A stretch of DNA of 44,661 bases from Chiloscyllium plagiosum. Lineage: Eukaryota. The DNA lies in the NCBI RefSeq assembly GCF_004010195.1, contig NC_057718.1, positions 58,607,868 through 58,652,528 on the forward strand. Direction: 5' to 3'. Under the pieces are notes generated by a model. The model was not told the DNA's origin. It saw only the letters and a program-made list of their open reading frames with translations, and did not search any database. Made by a program: the position numbers and the translations under genes. Shown here one piece after another: positions 12,176-25,030 of the stretch (within the stretch, counting starts at the first letter, position 1; each line of letters begins with the position of its first letter).

Positions 12176-15100
12176 AATGTTTTACACGTGTTTATTGTGT
12201 TAACTTATTTAGTTTTCATTATGTATATGAATTAGATTAATAAGAAATAAAGTATCTTTCTTAATGTTCACATCAACATAACTTCCCAATACCAATACAC
12301 AAACAAAATTTAAATCTGTCATTCTTTCCTTGCATTGAGTTGGAGGACTGTCAGGAGTTCCGTTGCTGAGAAAAGGGCCACTGTTCGATTTTCATTGGTT
12401 ACTTGGGAATAAAGCATAAGGTATTAGTATCATAATACTATTGAGTTTAGCTTAATCATCTCTTCGTATAATTAATAACTAAGCCCCTCTGAACCACCCT
12501 TTCAATTCATTTCAGTAGGATATTAGGTAATCCACATCACATTGCTGACAGTGCTATGTTAGCAAATGGCCTCTGCTCATTAGATAAAAACTAAACTTAA
12601 TGAAAGCACTCAAATGAAATGGCAAACCTGTTTTTCAATTGAATACTATTACTACTTATTATCTTTGACCTATCATTGATGCTCGGTAAGTTAATAGCTG
12701 CTCCTCACTAAAGTTATCAGTGCTCAGTTGAGAAAAAAAACATTGCAATTGTCAACATTATAGTCACTGTACCTTTTCAATTTCTGAGACAATGGAATTA
12801 AATAATTTATCATTAGTGAAAGAAAATCCACTTTGGTCCAAAATTGCATCAATGTGAAATTTTCCTACAAACGGCAGCAGCACCAGCTTTTCATGTAAGT
12901 GATCATTTTACCAGACAGAAGAAAAAAAACGTGATCCTTCAGAGAGGCACAATCAACTAGAACATAGACGTGAACAGTCAGCTTTAACCTGGAACAATAG
13001 CTGAGGAGGTGGATGGAATTAGTATCAAGATATAAAATTTCAATCCCAGGTCATAGGTAATGGCAGTGGTTGCCCTAGTATCTGACAAAGATAATGGCAG
13101 GTTCAGGAATGTTGAAGGAAACATAAAGCTTATTCATGTCAGTGTATATGTGAAGTCTGGCTCAGTAGTGGGGTTACATTTTCCTTTTGAGATGTGACTC
13201 ATGAGTTAGGAGATTTCTATGCAGTGCAGTTCTGAATCCTGCCCATCACTGCCCACTCACACTGTCTTCATGGTGAGGTGGCAGGATTGGACTGGAATTT
13301 CAGTCATAGTCTCCTGAAAAAGGCCTGTTTTGCTGGGACACTGGCCCAGTTCTGCTATGAATGCTAAGCAGCCATTACCTCTTGATAACAATCTCAATAA
13401 ACCTCTGCGAGCTAAATTCACTGTTAGGTTTTTGAACCACAGCCAAGCATTCATAGTGAGATTCCATTGCACAAATGTGTTCACAAAACTTCCCGATCTG
13501 AATATAGTAAAGGCCTTGAAGTAGTTGTTCAGATTGCCATCTATCCCACTGCCTCAAAACCTGAAAACTACCTGACGTGTCAACCTATGAAAAGATGAAA
13601 ATCCAAGATGCAAATACAAATTAAAATCAGAAAACTAATACTGTTCAATAAGAATTTGGCCTTTATCCATTGGATAAATTAATTTAATATTTTGAAAACC
13701 TTTTCACTTTCACAATTTTGATCAATTTATTCATCACCTTTTCTAAAAAGGAACTCATGATCACTCACTGTATTACAGGCATTTTTTAACTAACAACATG
13801 ATTATAATGTGAAGTTAGCAATCCATTTTACATTTCCCTGTCACAACTCTAGAATAGGCCTCACTCCAGTTCTCAGCTGGTATAAACCACATCTCCGAAT
13901 ACTGACTCGATTAAAAATGGCAGTGGTCCTGACATCACTGACTCAGCAATGGATCAGTCATATTGGGATTGCAACATGCACACGGGAACCTAAACCTCTT
14001 ATTTCTTGCCATCAGAAATATGACATGATGGGATTAGGGGAGGAGCTCTGAAATTGGGTCCTGCCTGCAAGTCTTTTGGGTCCTGCCTATGCAGGTCTTT
14101 TGTGCTCTGGGATCACAAGATTTGGCACCATGTCTGTGAATGACACCATCATAGGGTGGCACATGAACGAGGAGGTGCTGGGAAATGTTTATATTTTTGT
14201 CGAGAGAGAGACTTTGAAGGTAAAGATATAAAGGTATCACAGCAGTACAAAGATAAAGCCCGCAGTTGTTGGTGTGTATTCTTTCCCTTTGGATAATTAG
14301 AAGCCAAACCAACAGATCAATAGATAGCAGTAAAAATGTTTGCATTTTTCCAGAAAAAAAGGTTCAGATTATAACACAACCTAAAAGTGGAGCTGCTGAA
14401 CATTTGCAATATGTTCAGGATTAATACATCATTAGTATACAATATTTCTTGGCTGCAAAAGTGCAAAGTATTTTACAATTATTGTGATGTTGCTGTAGAT
14501 GAGATGAGATGGTTGTTTTCATACTAAACAGCTGCAGCATTTAGAAGATTTATAGCACATTTTACTGTTGAAGTGGGCCCTTCATTTGTGACCATGATGT
14601 AAAGAGATGTGATTTAGTGCAGTGCAAATTTTCCTTCTTCATAGACAGACTAACGGAGATGGAGTTCCCCTGACAGCTACATTTTAATGAATTATTTGAT
14701 GAACTCGGTCTCAATGATAATTTTGACCTAAGGATTTGACAAAAATACTGTTATTAAACCTACCTAATTAATTTCCAATCTGATATAAATTTTGGTGACA
14801 GTGGGTTGAAAAACTACTAAACGTTTTTTTAATGGTAGAAATGTCATCACATGATATAAAACTTAACTGTGATAATTAACCTCCTGCCTGCACAATTATA
14901 GCATTTACTTGACTGCACTCCACTCTTAGAATTTATTGGCTTGCGAATGTTATTCCAAGGGAGCACATTTTCTCTGAACCTTAGAAAAATATGATTTAAT
15001 GTTGGGTGACAATAATCCATTAGTAATAAGGAAATCACAAATTAAAACATTTTAGCACAGTCCAATTAAAGACCATTTTTGTGTGTGTTATGACTGGACT

Positions 15101-15605
15101 ATAACCTTCTGCATCTGTTTGGTTGAAAATTGTTCTTTTGGGCATGTAGTGCTGTTTCTCTATCCTGAAATATAGTTCTGGCTGCACTAATATGCATGTG
15201 AAAACATTCAGAATTGGCCAAATCAACACAATGAGAGTTGTAACAAGACTATGGCTTTAAGAGGTATGTTTTGTCTTGGTTTTACTTAATGAAGAAGTGT
15301 GAGTGGTACCGAGCAACCTACTTAGAGCTATTAGAGTAAACAGTTTATTAGGTCTTGGATTTTTTTTAAAGTAAGAACAATAGAAGCAGCCTGAATGTAT
15401 GGGGCAAGTTCCCATGGAATCAGGATTTTTAGTTTTCAGTTTTCGACAGTTGTTGCTAGGTTCTTGAAGCTGGGTTTGGAAGCGGCAGTACCTCTCTCCT
15501 TGCTATTCTTCCGGTCAACGTTTTCTCTTGACGCTTTATTTGTTTATGCTAGAATTGCATGTGAGACAATCTGTTGAACTAAATTTGTCTTTTGCCAAGG
15601 GTGTA

Positions 15606-16407
15606 CATAGAACACAGAACAGTACAGCACAGAACAGGCCCTTCAGCCCACGATGTTGTGCTGACCATTGATCCTCATGTGAGGTAAACCTAATGTACAA
15701 ACCCTCAAATTTCTGTGACCATATGCATGTCCAGCAGTCTCTTATTATATCCCCAATGACCCCGCTTCCACAACTGCTGCTGGCAATGCATTCCATGCTC
15801 TCACAACTCTCTGTGTAAAGATCCAATGAAAGAAGTCCGAGCTTAGTCAACCTCTCTTCGTAAGATAAGCCCTCCATTCCAGGCAGCATCCTGGTAAACC
15901 TCCTCTGAACCCTCTCCAAAGCATCCACATCTTTCCTATAATAGGGCGACCAGAACTGGACACAGTATTCCAAGTGCGGTCTAACCAAAGTTATATAGAG
16001 CTGCAACAAGATCTCACTGCTTTTAAACTCAATCCCCCTGTTAATGAAAGCCATAGCACCATATGCTTTCTTAACAACCCTGTCCACTTGGGTGGCAATT
16101 TTAAGGGATCTATGTACCTGCACACCAAGATCCCGCTGTTCCTCCACACTGCCAAGAATCCTGTCTTTAATCCTGTACTCAACTTTCAAGTTCGACCTTC
16201 CAAAATGCATCACTTCGCATTTATTCTGGTTGAACTCCATCTGCCACCTCTCAGCCCATCTCTGCATTCTGTCATTGTCACGCTGCAACCTACAACAGTC
16301 CTCTATACTGTCAACAGCACCTGCAACCTTTGTGTCGTATGCAAACTTGCTAACCCATCCTTCAATCTCCTCATCCAAGTCATTAATAAAAATTACAAAG
16401 AGTAGAG
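15606..16407 (-). mobile_element. CR1/HER1 LINE, 5'-truncated with an internal deletion near 15820
   Basis: ORF 15536-16378(-) SKFAYDTK...LQRD...WQMEFN...LVRPHLEYCVQFWSPY...RRFTRMLPG; TTCTATG-like tail. Confidence 0.92.
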
Positions 16408-16529
16408 GCTTTATTTGCTGATGCTAGAATTGTGGGATGTTACCATATTAGAACAGTTAGTGTTTAGTAGTAAATTAATCTATTATTCTGTTAAGTTTTC
16501 CAGTACAGTTATCCAATCCCTTCTTCCTC

Positions 16530-16680
16530 ATGGGTATATGAATAGGAAGGGTTTGGAGGGATGTGGGCCAGGTGCTGACAGGTGGGACTAGGTTGGGTTG
16601 GGATATCTGGTCGGCATGGACGGATTGGACCGAAGGGTCTGTTTCCATGCTGTACATCTCTATGACTCTATGATTCTATG
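16530..16680 (+). mobile_element. HER1 3' end inserted in the solo LTR
   Basis: GGACCGAAGGGTCTGTTTCCATGCTGTACATCTCTATGACTCTATGATTCTATG. Confidence 0.88.
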
Positions 16681-17159
16681 TACTTTAACTATAGTATTTG
16701 AGTAACATGTGTTTTACTTCAAATCTGGTAGTTTGATCAGTCAAAATGTGCATGAAATGCAATACCTGACACTTGCCTTTAAAATAAGATTAAGTTAGGG
16801 TCTGGGCTATCTTTTTAATATATTTTGAAGGGGTTTGGTCGGTCTATAACAGAGTGAATGAGAGAGAGGGAGAGACTTGAGCATCCAATGTGGCAATGTT
16901 TGTCTGTGATAAGGCGTGATGGTATGATCATTGAAGAAAAGGAACCATTTTATAAAGTTGATGTTGTTACTGATTGTATTGATACAGCTTCAAATACCAA
17001 AGCCAATGAAATCTACTAACTTTCAAGGATGTGCTTTAGGATAATTGTGCAGCAAACATAAATTAATTGAAAGTACTAGTAAAGAAACACAGGGAGAGGC
17101 AGAACCCATAATTTGTGTTGGCCTATGTCTGAAAATAACTTTTTAAAACAATGTTTCCT

Positions 17160-17255
17160 TCTCAATCTGTTCAAGACTATTACACATCTCTGGTAGAAGT
17201 CAAACTGGGGCCGATCAGTTTACAGATGAGGTCTCTACACTGCGCCATAAGTTCC
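17160..17255 (-). mobile_element. Possible short degenerate tRNA-derived SINE
   Basis: Minus strand CTTATGGCGCAGTGTAG (A-box-like); weakly similar to 11160-11195. Confidence 0.35.
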
Positions 17256-17339
17256 CTCAGCCTTTGTCTTATTTTGTGCTGCTAATTAATAGGAAATGGA
17301 ATAATCAGTAAAATCTGGATGCCTGATTATTCCAGCCCT

Positions 17340-17467
17340 CCTGAAGAAGGGCTTATGCATGAAACGTCGATTCTCCTGCTCTTCGGATGCTGCCTGGCCT
17401 ACTGTGTTTTTCCAGCACCACATTTTTAAACTCTGGTCTCCAGCATCTGCAATCCTCACTTACTCCT
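17340..17467 (+). mobile_element. Penelope family A pLTR 3' end starting at the hammerhead core
   Basis: CTGAAGAAGGGCTTATGCATGAAACGTCGATTCTCCTG...CTCCAGCATCTGCAATCCTCAC. Confidence 0.8.
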
Positions 17468-17495
17468 ATTCCAGCTCTATCCCAGCTGCCATCAT

Positions 17496-19990
17496 GATTT
17501 GATTTGATTTGATTTATTATTGTCAAGTGCATCATATCATAACATACAAAGACACAAAGATCATAGGGTGATTGGACAGAGCCTAGGATACAAAGTTATG
17601 GCTGCAAAGAAGGTGCACAAAAAAAAAGATCAACATTAGATTTGAAATTTGAGAGGTCCATTCAGAAGTCTATTAACAATGGGGAAGAAGCTGCTCTTGA
17701 ACCCGTTAGTGTGTATGTTTAAGCTTTTGTATCTTCTATCTGAGAGAAGAGGTGGGAAGAGATAATGACCAGAGTGGGAGGGGTCTTTGATGATGGCTGC
17801 GTTTCTGTGGCAGCGAGAAGTGTAGATGGAGTCAATGGATGGAAGGTTGGCTTGCGTGATGGTCTGGGCTGTGATCACAACATTCTGTAGTTTCTTACAG
17901 TCCTGGGCAGAGCAGTTGCTGATAGAATGCTTTCTCTGGTGCATGTGTAAAATTTTGGTGAGGGTCCTTCTGGACATGTTGACATTCCTTACATTCTCGA
18001 GGGAGAAGAGGTGTTGTTTTGCCGTCTTGAGCATTGCATCAATACGGGTGGTCCAGGATAGATTGTTTGTGATCTCACTCCTAGGAACTTGACTGTCTCA
18101 ACCATCTCCACCTCAGCTCCATTGATGTAGGTAGGGGCGTGTCCTCCTACTTCCTGAAGTTGATGATCAGCTCTTTAGTTTTGCTGACATTGAAGGAGAG
18201 ATTGTTATTTTTGCATCACGTCACCAAGCATTCTATCTCCTTCCTGTATTCTGTCTCATCATTGTTTGATATCCAGCCTACAACAGTAGCGCAGTTGGAG
18301 TTTGGACGAAATTTGGCCAGAAGGTCATGAGTCTATAAGGAGCTGGGGTGCTGAGTACGCTGCCTTGCAGGGCACCGGTGTTGATTGCCGTGGAGGAGAT
18401 GCTATTTCCTATCCTCACTTACAGTTGCGGTCTGTGTGTCAGGCAGTCAAGGATCCAGTTGCAAAGGTTGGAGCAAAGGATTTAGGTCTGAGTTTGGAGA
18501 TTAGTTTGGTTGGGATTATCGTGTTGAAGGAGTTATGGTCAATGAGTAGAAGTCTGATGTAGGTATCCTTATTAACCAGTTGAGTGTAGGGCTAGGGAGT
18601 TGATGTCTGCCATGGACCTGTTGCACTAGTAGGCAAATTGCAAGAGACCAAGGCTGACTGGGAGGCTAGAGTTGACATGAGCTATGGCTGTCAAGAATGT
18701 GTGCTGGAAAAGCACAAATGGTCAGGCAGCATCCAAGGAGCAGGAAAATCAACATTTCGGGCACAAGCCCTTCTTCAGGAATAAAGCTGGGAGCCTTGGG
18801 GGTGGAGAGATAAATGGGAGGGAGTGGGGTTGAGGAGAAGGCAGCAGAGAGTACAATAGGTGGTTGGAGGTTGGGGTAAAGGTGATAGGTCAGAGGGGAG
18901 GGTGGTGCAGATAGGTGGGAAGGAAGATGGGCAGATGAGACAGGTCATGAGCTTGAAGATTGGAACTGGGGTAAGATGGGGCGGTGGGAAAATAAGGAAA
19001 CTGATGAAATGCACATTGATGCCATAGGGTTGGAGGATCCCAAGGCAGAAGATGAGGCGTTCTTCCTCCAGGCATTGGAGGGGTAAGGGAGTGGCGGTGG
19101 AGGAGGCCCAGGACCTGAATGTCCTTGGCAAAGTGGAAGGGGGAGTTGAAGTGTTCGGCCACGGGAAGTGGGGTTGAAGCGCTCTGTGAGTAGGCAGCCT
19201 GTCTCCCTAATGTAGAGGAGACCGCATTGCGAGCAAAGGATACAATAAATGATATGTGTGGAAATGCAGGTGAAACTTTGATTGAAGTGGAAGGTTCCTT
19301 TGGGGCCTTGGCTGGAGGTGAGGGGGGAGGTGTGGGTATAGGTTTTACAATTCTTGCTGTAGCAAGGAAGGTGACAGAAGGTGAGGGTGGGTTGTTCAAG
19401 GGGCATGGACCTGACGAGGTATTCACGGAGGGAACGGTGAAAACTGGATAGGGGTGGGGAGGGAAATATTATCTCTAGTGGTGGGGTCTGTTTGTAGGTG
19501 GCAGAAATGGCAGAGGATGATGCGATATTGGTGGGATGAAAGGTGAGGACCAGAGGAGTTTTGTCCTCGTTGCAGTTGGAGGGATAGGGTTCAAGGGCGG
19601 AGGTGCGGGATCTCAAGGCACTTCATAATTATGGAAGTCAGAGCCACTGCATGGTAGTCATTGAAGCACAATGCATGTGTTTTCTTTGGTACTAGGATGA
19701 TGATGGTTGTATTGAAACAGATGGGAGTTCAGATTGTAGCAAACACAGGTTAAAGATGTCCGAGAATACTCCTGCCAACTGGCCCGCACAGAATCTGAGT
19801 GCACAGCTAGGGACTCCATCTGGGTCAGTTGCTTTCTATGGGTTCACTCTCAAGAAAGCCGATCTGACATTTGCAGCAGTGACTGAGGGAACAAATGCAT
19901 CTGGAGCTAAAAGGTGACACCATTTCACTGATCTTCTGCTCAAACTGAACATAAAAAAAATTGAGCGCATCAGGGAAGGATGTAATTTGT
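17496..19990 (-). mobile_element. Rex1/Babar-clade LINE (decayed), split by a Penelope insertion
   Basis: PDALNFFYVQFE, AGILSDIFNL, NDYHAVALTSIIMKCL, CKKLQNVVITAQTIT...IIKDPSHSGHYLF..LLSDRRYKS...FKSSFFP; (AAATC)n tail at 17496-17515. Confidence 0.82.
18696..19612 (-). mobile_element. Penelope-like element family A, 5'-truncated: GIY-YIG C-terminus plus pLTR
   Basis: FTCISTHIIYCILCSQCGLLYIRETG; LEEERLIFCLGILQPYGIN; pLTR with CTGAAGAAGGGCTTGTGCCCGAAATGTT; possible TSD TCAAG (18691-18695 and 19613-19617). Confidence 0.88.
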
Positions 19991-20269
19991 CTGCTGTCCT
20001 GTTCTACTTCATTTTGTAGCTTGTTATGTCGTGTAGGCCTTGCCACAGACCTATCACAAGTATATAATTGCTCTACTTCTGGAAACATTTGTGGCAATGC
20101 TGCAATTTTAGAACAACAAATTAGTGTCAACTGGCATGAATGTGCAACAGACCTTTACATTTGCTGATCAAAAAACTCTCCATGCTACATGAGCTCACAG
20201 CTCTAAACAATGAGAAGGAAGACTGTTCTGGACACACAAACTGTCTTCACAGCTTCCATAATTGCAATT

Positions 20270-20590
20270 AAATTGGACTTGTTAGAAGATTAAAAGCCCA
20301 TTGATCCATGAAAGTTGGATCTAAAAATTGAAGGAAAGGATAATGATCCTACAAAGTTCAGTACTGGAGCCCTTGTTGTTTCTAGTATATATCAATAATT
20401 TAAAGTTAAATGTAGGCAGCATTACAAAGTTGTTTGCGAATAATATGATTATTAGGTATTCGATTGATGATGTCGAAGAAGGCTATAGTTTACAGGAAGA
20501 TATCAATGGAAGATGGGCGGAGAAAGGGCAAAAGGAATTCAGTTGAAAAACTGTTGAGAAATGCATTTGGGGAGGGCAGTTAAAGCAAGG
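20270..20590 (+). mobile_element. Old CR1 RT fragment
   Basis: LQSSVLEPLLFLVYINNL...LFANN...LQEDI. Confidence 0.7.
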
Positions 20591-20689
20591 TAATGTGCTG
20601 TTCACTCCCACTTCCATCATGTACCCAAACGTGCTTCACACTAAAACATCATCCCAAGGTAAAAAATGATCTATTTGGAAAGAGCTGCT

Positions 20690-21195
20690 ACAGCCGGAAT
20701 ACCGTGAACAGTTTTGGGTCCATTATCTAAGGGAAAAATATGCTGGCAGTGGAGGCAGTCCAAAGAAAGTTCACTAGGCTGACCCAGGACTGGAAGAGAT
20801 TGAGTAAGATGGATCTGAATTGTTGCAACATAGAAGAAGGAGAAGTGACCTTATTGGAACATACAAGATTTGAACTAGTTATGTTCAGAAAGGTTGTTAC
20901 CTCTTGTGGGAGAGTCTGGGACCAGAGGGCATAATCTCAATTAAGGAGTTGCATATTTAAGAAAGATATGATGAGGAGGAATTTCTTCTCCCAGAGGGTT
21001 GTGAATCTGTGAAATTCTTTACTGCAGAAGGCTGTTTTGAAGCTGGCTCATTACGTGTATTCAAGGCTGAGATAGGGTTATGGGGAAAAGGCAGGAAAGT
21101 GGAGTTGAGAATTATCAGATTAGCTATTAACTCATTGAATGTTGTGGCACACTCTAAAGGTCACTTCTGCTCCTGTCTTGTAGTCTTATGGTCTT
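20690..21195 (+). mobile_element. CR1 3' fragment
   Basis: AVEAVQRKFTRL; GAGGAGGAATTTCTTCTCCCAGAGGGTTGTGAATCTGT; tail TAGTCTTATGGTCTT. Confidence 0.75.
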
Positions 21196-21301
21196 AAGAG
21201 CTATTAAACTTTAGAATGTAGTTACTGCTTCTTGTGGTGACAGCCTAATGCTACTTGTAGGTGTCCTTAAGATTGCATTTAACCAGAATCCATGCAGTTA
21301 A

Positions 21302-21627
21302 GATTAGATTAGATTAGATTAGATTAGATTACAGTGTGGAAACAGGCCCTTCGGCCCAACAAGTCCACACCGACCCGCCGAAGCGAAACCCACCCATACC
21401 CCTACATTTACCCCTTACCTAACACTACGGACAATTTAGCATGGCCAATTCACCTGACCCTGCACATCTTTGGACTGTGGGAGGAAACCGGAGCACCTGG
21501 AGGGTGCCCACGCAGACACGGGGAGAATGTGCAAACTCCACACAGTCAGTCGACTGAGGCGGGAATTGAACCCGTGTCTCTGGCGCTGTGAGGCAGCAGT
21601 GCTAACCACTGTGCCACCGTGCCGCCC
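21302..21627 (-). mobile_element. HE1 V-SINE with (AATCT)n tail
   Basis: tRNA-derived head at 21627, V-domain core, HER1-like 3' end GGGCCGAAGGGCCTGTTTCC, (AGATT)n at 21301-21330, TSD GTTAA (21297-21301 and 21628-21632). Confidence 0.93.
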
Positions 21628-22099
21628 GTTAATTCCCTATAGTTATTATCAGGAAGGTATGCCAGAAATTGGAGATGAGATAAGCGCCAGCATTTTGAAT
21701 AGGACCACTCAGATGCTTGTTGCTATTGATCACTCTGCAATACCTATTTTTATATTGTGTCATTTAAAACATGAGACGCTATGATTATCATGCTTCTGAA
21801 GAATTCTCAAGCATTAGAATTTATCAAGGACTCAAATATCTCATTCCTTCAATCAGGCCTACTAGCACGCAATCTTTACAGGATAAATTGAATGCTGTGT
21901 TCAATGGACTTGTTAAGATCTGTGTAGCTCTGTTTGTATGTACAAGCATAAGGGTTTTGATGGGTGGGTGCAGAAAGGTGATAAAACATTTGCTTCACTT
22001 TCCCCGATTGATGTTCTTTAAACTTCCAAAACAAAACTGCCATTATTGTTGTACCTTCAGCTTCACTTACTTTATTTGGTGTCACCACAATGATAGTGA

Positions 22100-23316
22100 T
22101 CACCGCAAGGCTCAGTGTTGGGATCACAACTTTTCACTTTATACATTAACGATCTAGATGAAGGAACTGAGAGGATTCTGGCAAAGTTTGGAGATGATAC
22201 AACGATAGAGAGACAGGTAGTACTGAGGAGATGGGGAGGCTGCAGAAGGATTTGGGCAGGTTAGGAGAGTGGGCAAAGAAGTGGCAGATGGTGAACAATG
22301 TGAGAAAGTTTGAGGTCATGCATTTTGTAGGAAGAGGTATGAACTGTTTTCTAAATGTGGAGAAAGTTCAGAAGTCTGAAGTGCAAAGAAACTTGACAGT
22401 TCTAGTCCAGGGCTGAAAATGTGTTGCTAGAAAAGCGCAGCAGGTCAGGCAGCATTCAAGGAACAGGAGAATCGACATTTCAGGCATAAGCCCTTCTTCA
22501 GGAAGAAGGGCTTATGCCCGAAACGGCGATTCTCTTGTTTCTTGGATGCTGCCTGACCTGCTTCGCTTTTCCAGCAACACATTTTCAGCTCTGATCTCCA
22601 GCATCTGCAGCCCTCACTTTCTCTCAAAAAGTTCTAGTCCAGGATTCTCTTAAGATAAACTTGAGTCAGTAGTTAGGAAGACAAATGCAATGGTGACATT
22701 TACGTTGAGAGGACTTCAATATAAAAGTAGGGATATACTTCTGAGGCTCTATAAGGCTCTATTCAGACCACATTTGGAGTATTGAATGCAGTTTTGGGCC
22801 CCATATCTCAGCAAGGATGTACTGGCCCTGGAGCATGTTCAGGGAGGTTCACGAGAATGTTTCTAGGAATGAAAAGCTTAACTTATGAGGAACGTTTGAG
22901 GACTCTGGATCTATGCTGAATGGAGTTTTGAAGCTTAGAAGGATGAGGGGGATTTAATTGAAACTTACACAACACTGAATGGCCTGGACATAATGGATGT
23001 TGGGAAGATGTTTCCATTAGTAGGAGAGACTGGGACTCAAGGGCACAGCCTTGGAATAAAGGGAAGACTTTTTAGAACTTCTTTAGCTAGAGAGTGGTGA
23101 ATCTATGCTATTCGCTGCCACAGAAGGCTTTGGAGGCCAGATCATTGAGTGTATTTAAGACTAAGATAGGTTCTTGATTGTCAAGGGGATCAAGGGATAC
23201 AGGGAAAAAGCGGGAGAATAGGGTTAAGAAACTTATCAGTCATGATTGAATGGCAGAGCAGACTTGATGGGCTGAATGGACTACTTTCTGCTCCTATCTC
23301 CTATGGTCTTATGGTT
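22100..23316 (+). mobile_element. CR1 LINE, 5'-truncated RT plus 3' UTR
   Basis: PQGSVLGSQLFTLYINDLDE, KFGDDT, LQKDLGRLGEWAKKWQM, RPHLEY; tail CTATGGTCTTATGGT. Confidence 0.9.
22412..22629. mobile_element. TSD-flanked palindromic Penelope-derived mini-element with back-to-back hammerhead cores
   Basis: Arms of about 87 nt spanning 22412-22589, centred on CCCTTCTTCAGG|AAGAAGGG; 14-bp TSD AGTTCTAGTCCAGG (22398-22411 and 22630-22643). Confidence 0.92.
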
Positions 23317-24971
23317 TTCCACATCTCCTCCTGTCAGTCATCCATTCTTCTTTCAATACTGCTCCAATTAAGAGCTGTCAGAAGGGAGTCCTTTCATCTA
23401 GTCTAAGACTTTCTTCTTAACCTTCGTCTTGGCAGTCTTACTTTAATCACTATTCTCACCATATGTCCTTTCAACCTCCACAACCACAATCTCTTCTCAG
23501 TTACTTTCTTCAATGCTTCCTCACCTTGACTCCTTGATGTTCTGGTTAACATCTATTGTTATCCTTGACAAAACCAAATACTGGCTGAATAAAAACAATA
23601 TAATTTGATTGATAACAGCAAAAACTAAAAGAAAACAACACAAACTATTAAAAGTGACTTAAGAAAAAAATCAAATGCCATTTTCAGCTTTGTGTCGAAT
23701 AACCTTAGTTCCATTTCCACTGGGCAGGGCATGAATCAATGGTATGTGGCCAGGACTGGATAAAAATAACATACACATTTCAATATTATTAATAATAATG
23801 ATTCTCATTGGTCTTGAAAAGATCTATGGAAAGAAATTACCATTCTGAAATAGCTAACAACAGCGTTGACATAAATTCCCAGAGGAGCACATTGTTCTAC
23901 AAGCTGAGCAATTAGTTATGCTTGTATTTTCACATAATGTCAGTATTTGTGACAGTTAGATGAGTGTCTAAGACTGAAGAGGCTTTTGTAATTAACATGT
24001 GGTTTGACAATACAGCCTCCAACTTCTCCTTGATGTTATAAATAATTGACAAAGAAAATAAGCCTGTGATATTTTTCAAAGCAGATAACCAGTCACATGG
24101 AGGTGTTGAAATATTGGGGCAATTTAAATTCCCTGATGGCATGGGATTGCAATGGGTAAGAAGTTAAAATGTGCTACTTTGTTTTCCACTGTCTTTCTGT
24201 TGATTTTCAATATTTTTACTATTAATTTGACCAAGGATAAGGGGCCTCACTTTAAATAAATGATATCAGTCAGTTAAAGTACAATAGGTGTGAATTATTG
24301 TTTAGCTAATGCAGCTTCCTCTCTCCACTCCTACTTCTTTCGTGTGTCCAGTTCTGATTTAAAATTAAGCCCAATACTGGGTCTGTATTCAAAAACGCTC
24401 TATTGTCTTGATGCACAGACAGGTTTTCACTGGGTGATTCCCCAAATTGCAGACCTGCCTCAATACCCAATTTTAACTCTAGGTAGGGGGAGATGGGATT
24501 CAGTTGAGCACACTAATCCTGGAAGCAGATCATTACATGACCACAGAGGTGGCAAGCAAACAGGCTGGTCAGAACACAAACAGTTTTCTGGAATTTTGGC
24601 CCCTTTCTGTCAGAACTGTTAACTATTTTAGCCCTCACCACTGAAACCTGCTCGCTGCCACCCTGACCATGCCACAACCACCACCCCCCACCACCTAAAC
24701 CTCCACCCCTAAATGCCCCATGGCCCTCCATGCAATTCATATCATCAGCAATCTCCATGTCCCCTCATACCCCCATGGTTCCAGCATACCAACTCATGTC
24801 TGACTTCCTCCTTGTTCCCTTGTAACAGCCAAAGCTCTTCCCTGCCATATCACATGTCTAACCTATCCCTTGTGTCCACTCATACATCCCATATCGCTCT
24901 ATACCAAGCTTTGGCTGCTATCCACATTCCCCAAAACCCCCTCCCCCTACCTCCTAATCAGGATTAGTAAT

Positions 24972-25030
24972 CAGCACAGACTTTGTGGGCTGAAGGGCCT
25001 GTTCCTGTGCTGTATTGTATTGTAATGTAC
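24972..25030 (+). mobile_element. HER1/HE1 extreme 3' tail
   Basis: GTGGGCTGAAGGGCCTGTTCCTGTGCTGTATTGTATTGT. Confidence 0.7.

Larger units (their letters stand above)
15239..16851 (+). mobile_element. Solo LTR (Gmr1-related) interrupted by two LINE insertions
   Basis: TGTAAC...ATAACA ends; 4-bp TSD GAGT (15235-15238 and 16852-16855); GTTAGGGTCTGGG...ATATTTTGAAGGGGT...TATAACA matches the reverse complement of LTR 8146-8210. Confidence 0.85.

Noticed and set aside
14054..14101. Short duplication GGGTCCTGCCT..GCA.GTCTTTTG
   Set aside because: Two imperfect units of about 23 nt; ordinary slippage
14630..14735. Acceptor-like TTTTCCTTCTTCATAG followed by a possible exon
   Set aside because: Stop codons in all three frames within about 45 nt and no recognisable peptide
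15536..16378. 280-aa ORF as a functional gene
   Set aside because: 5'-truncated CR1 RT with a mutated catalytic motif (FAYDT) and a deletion-induced frameshift
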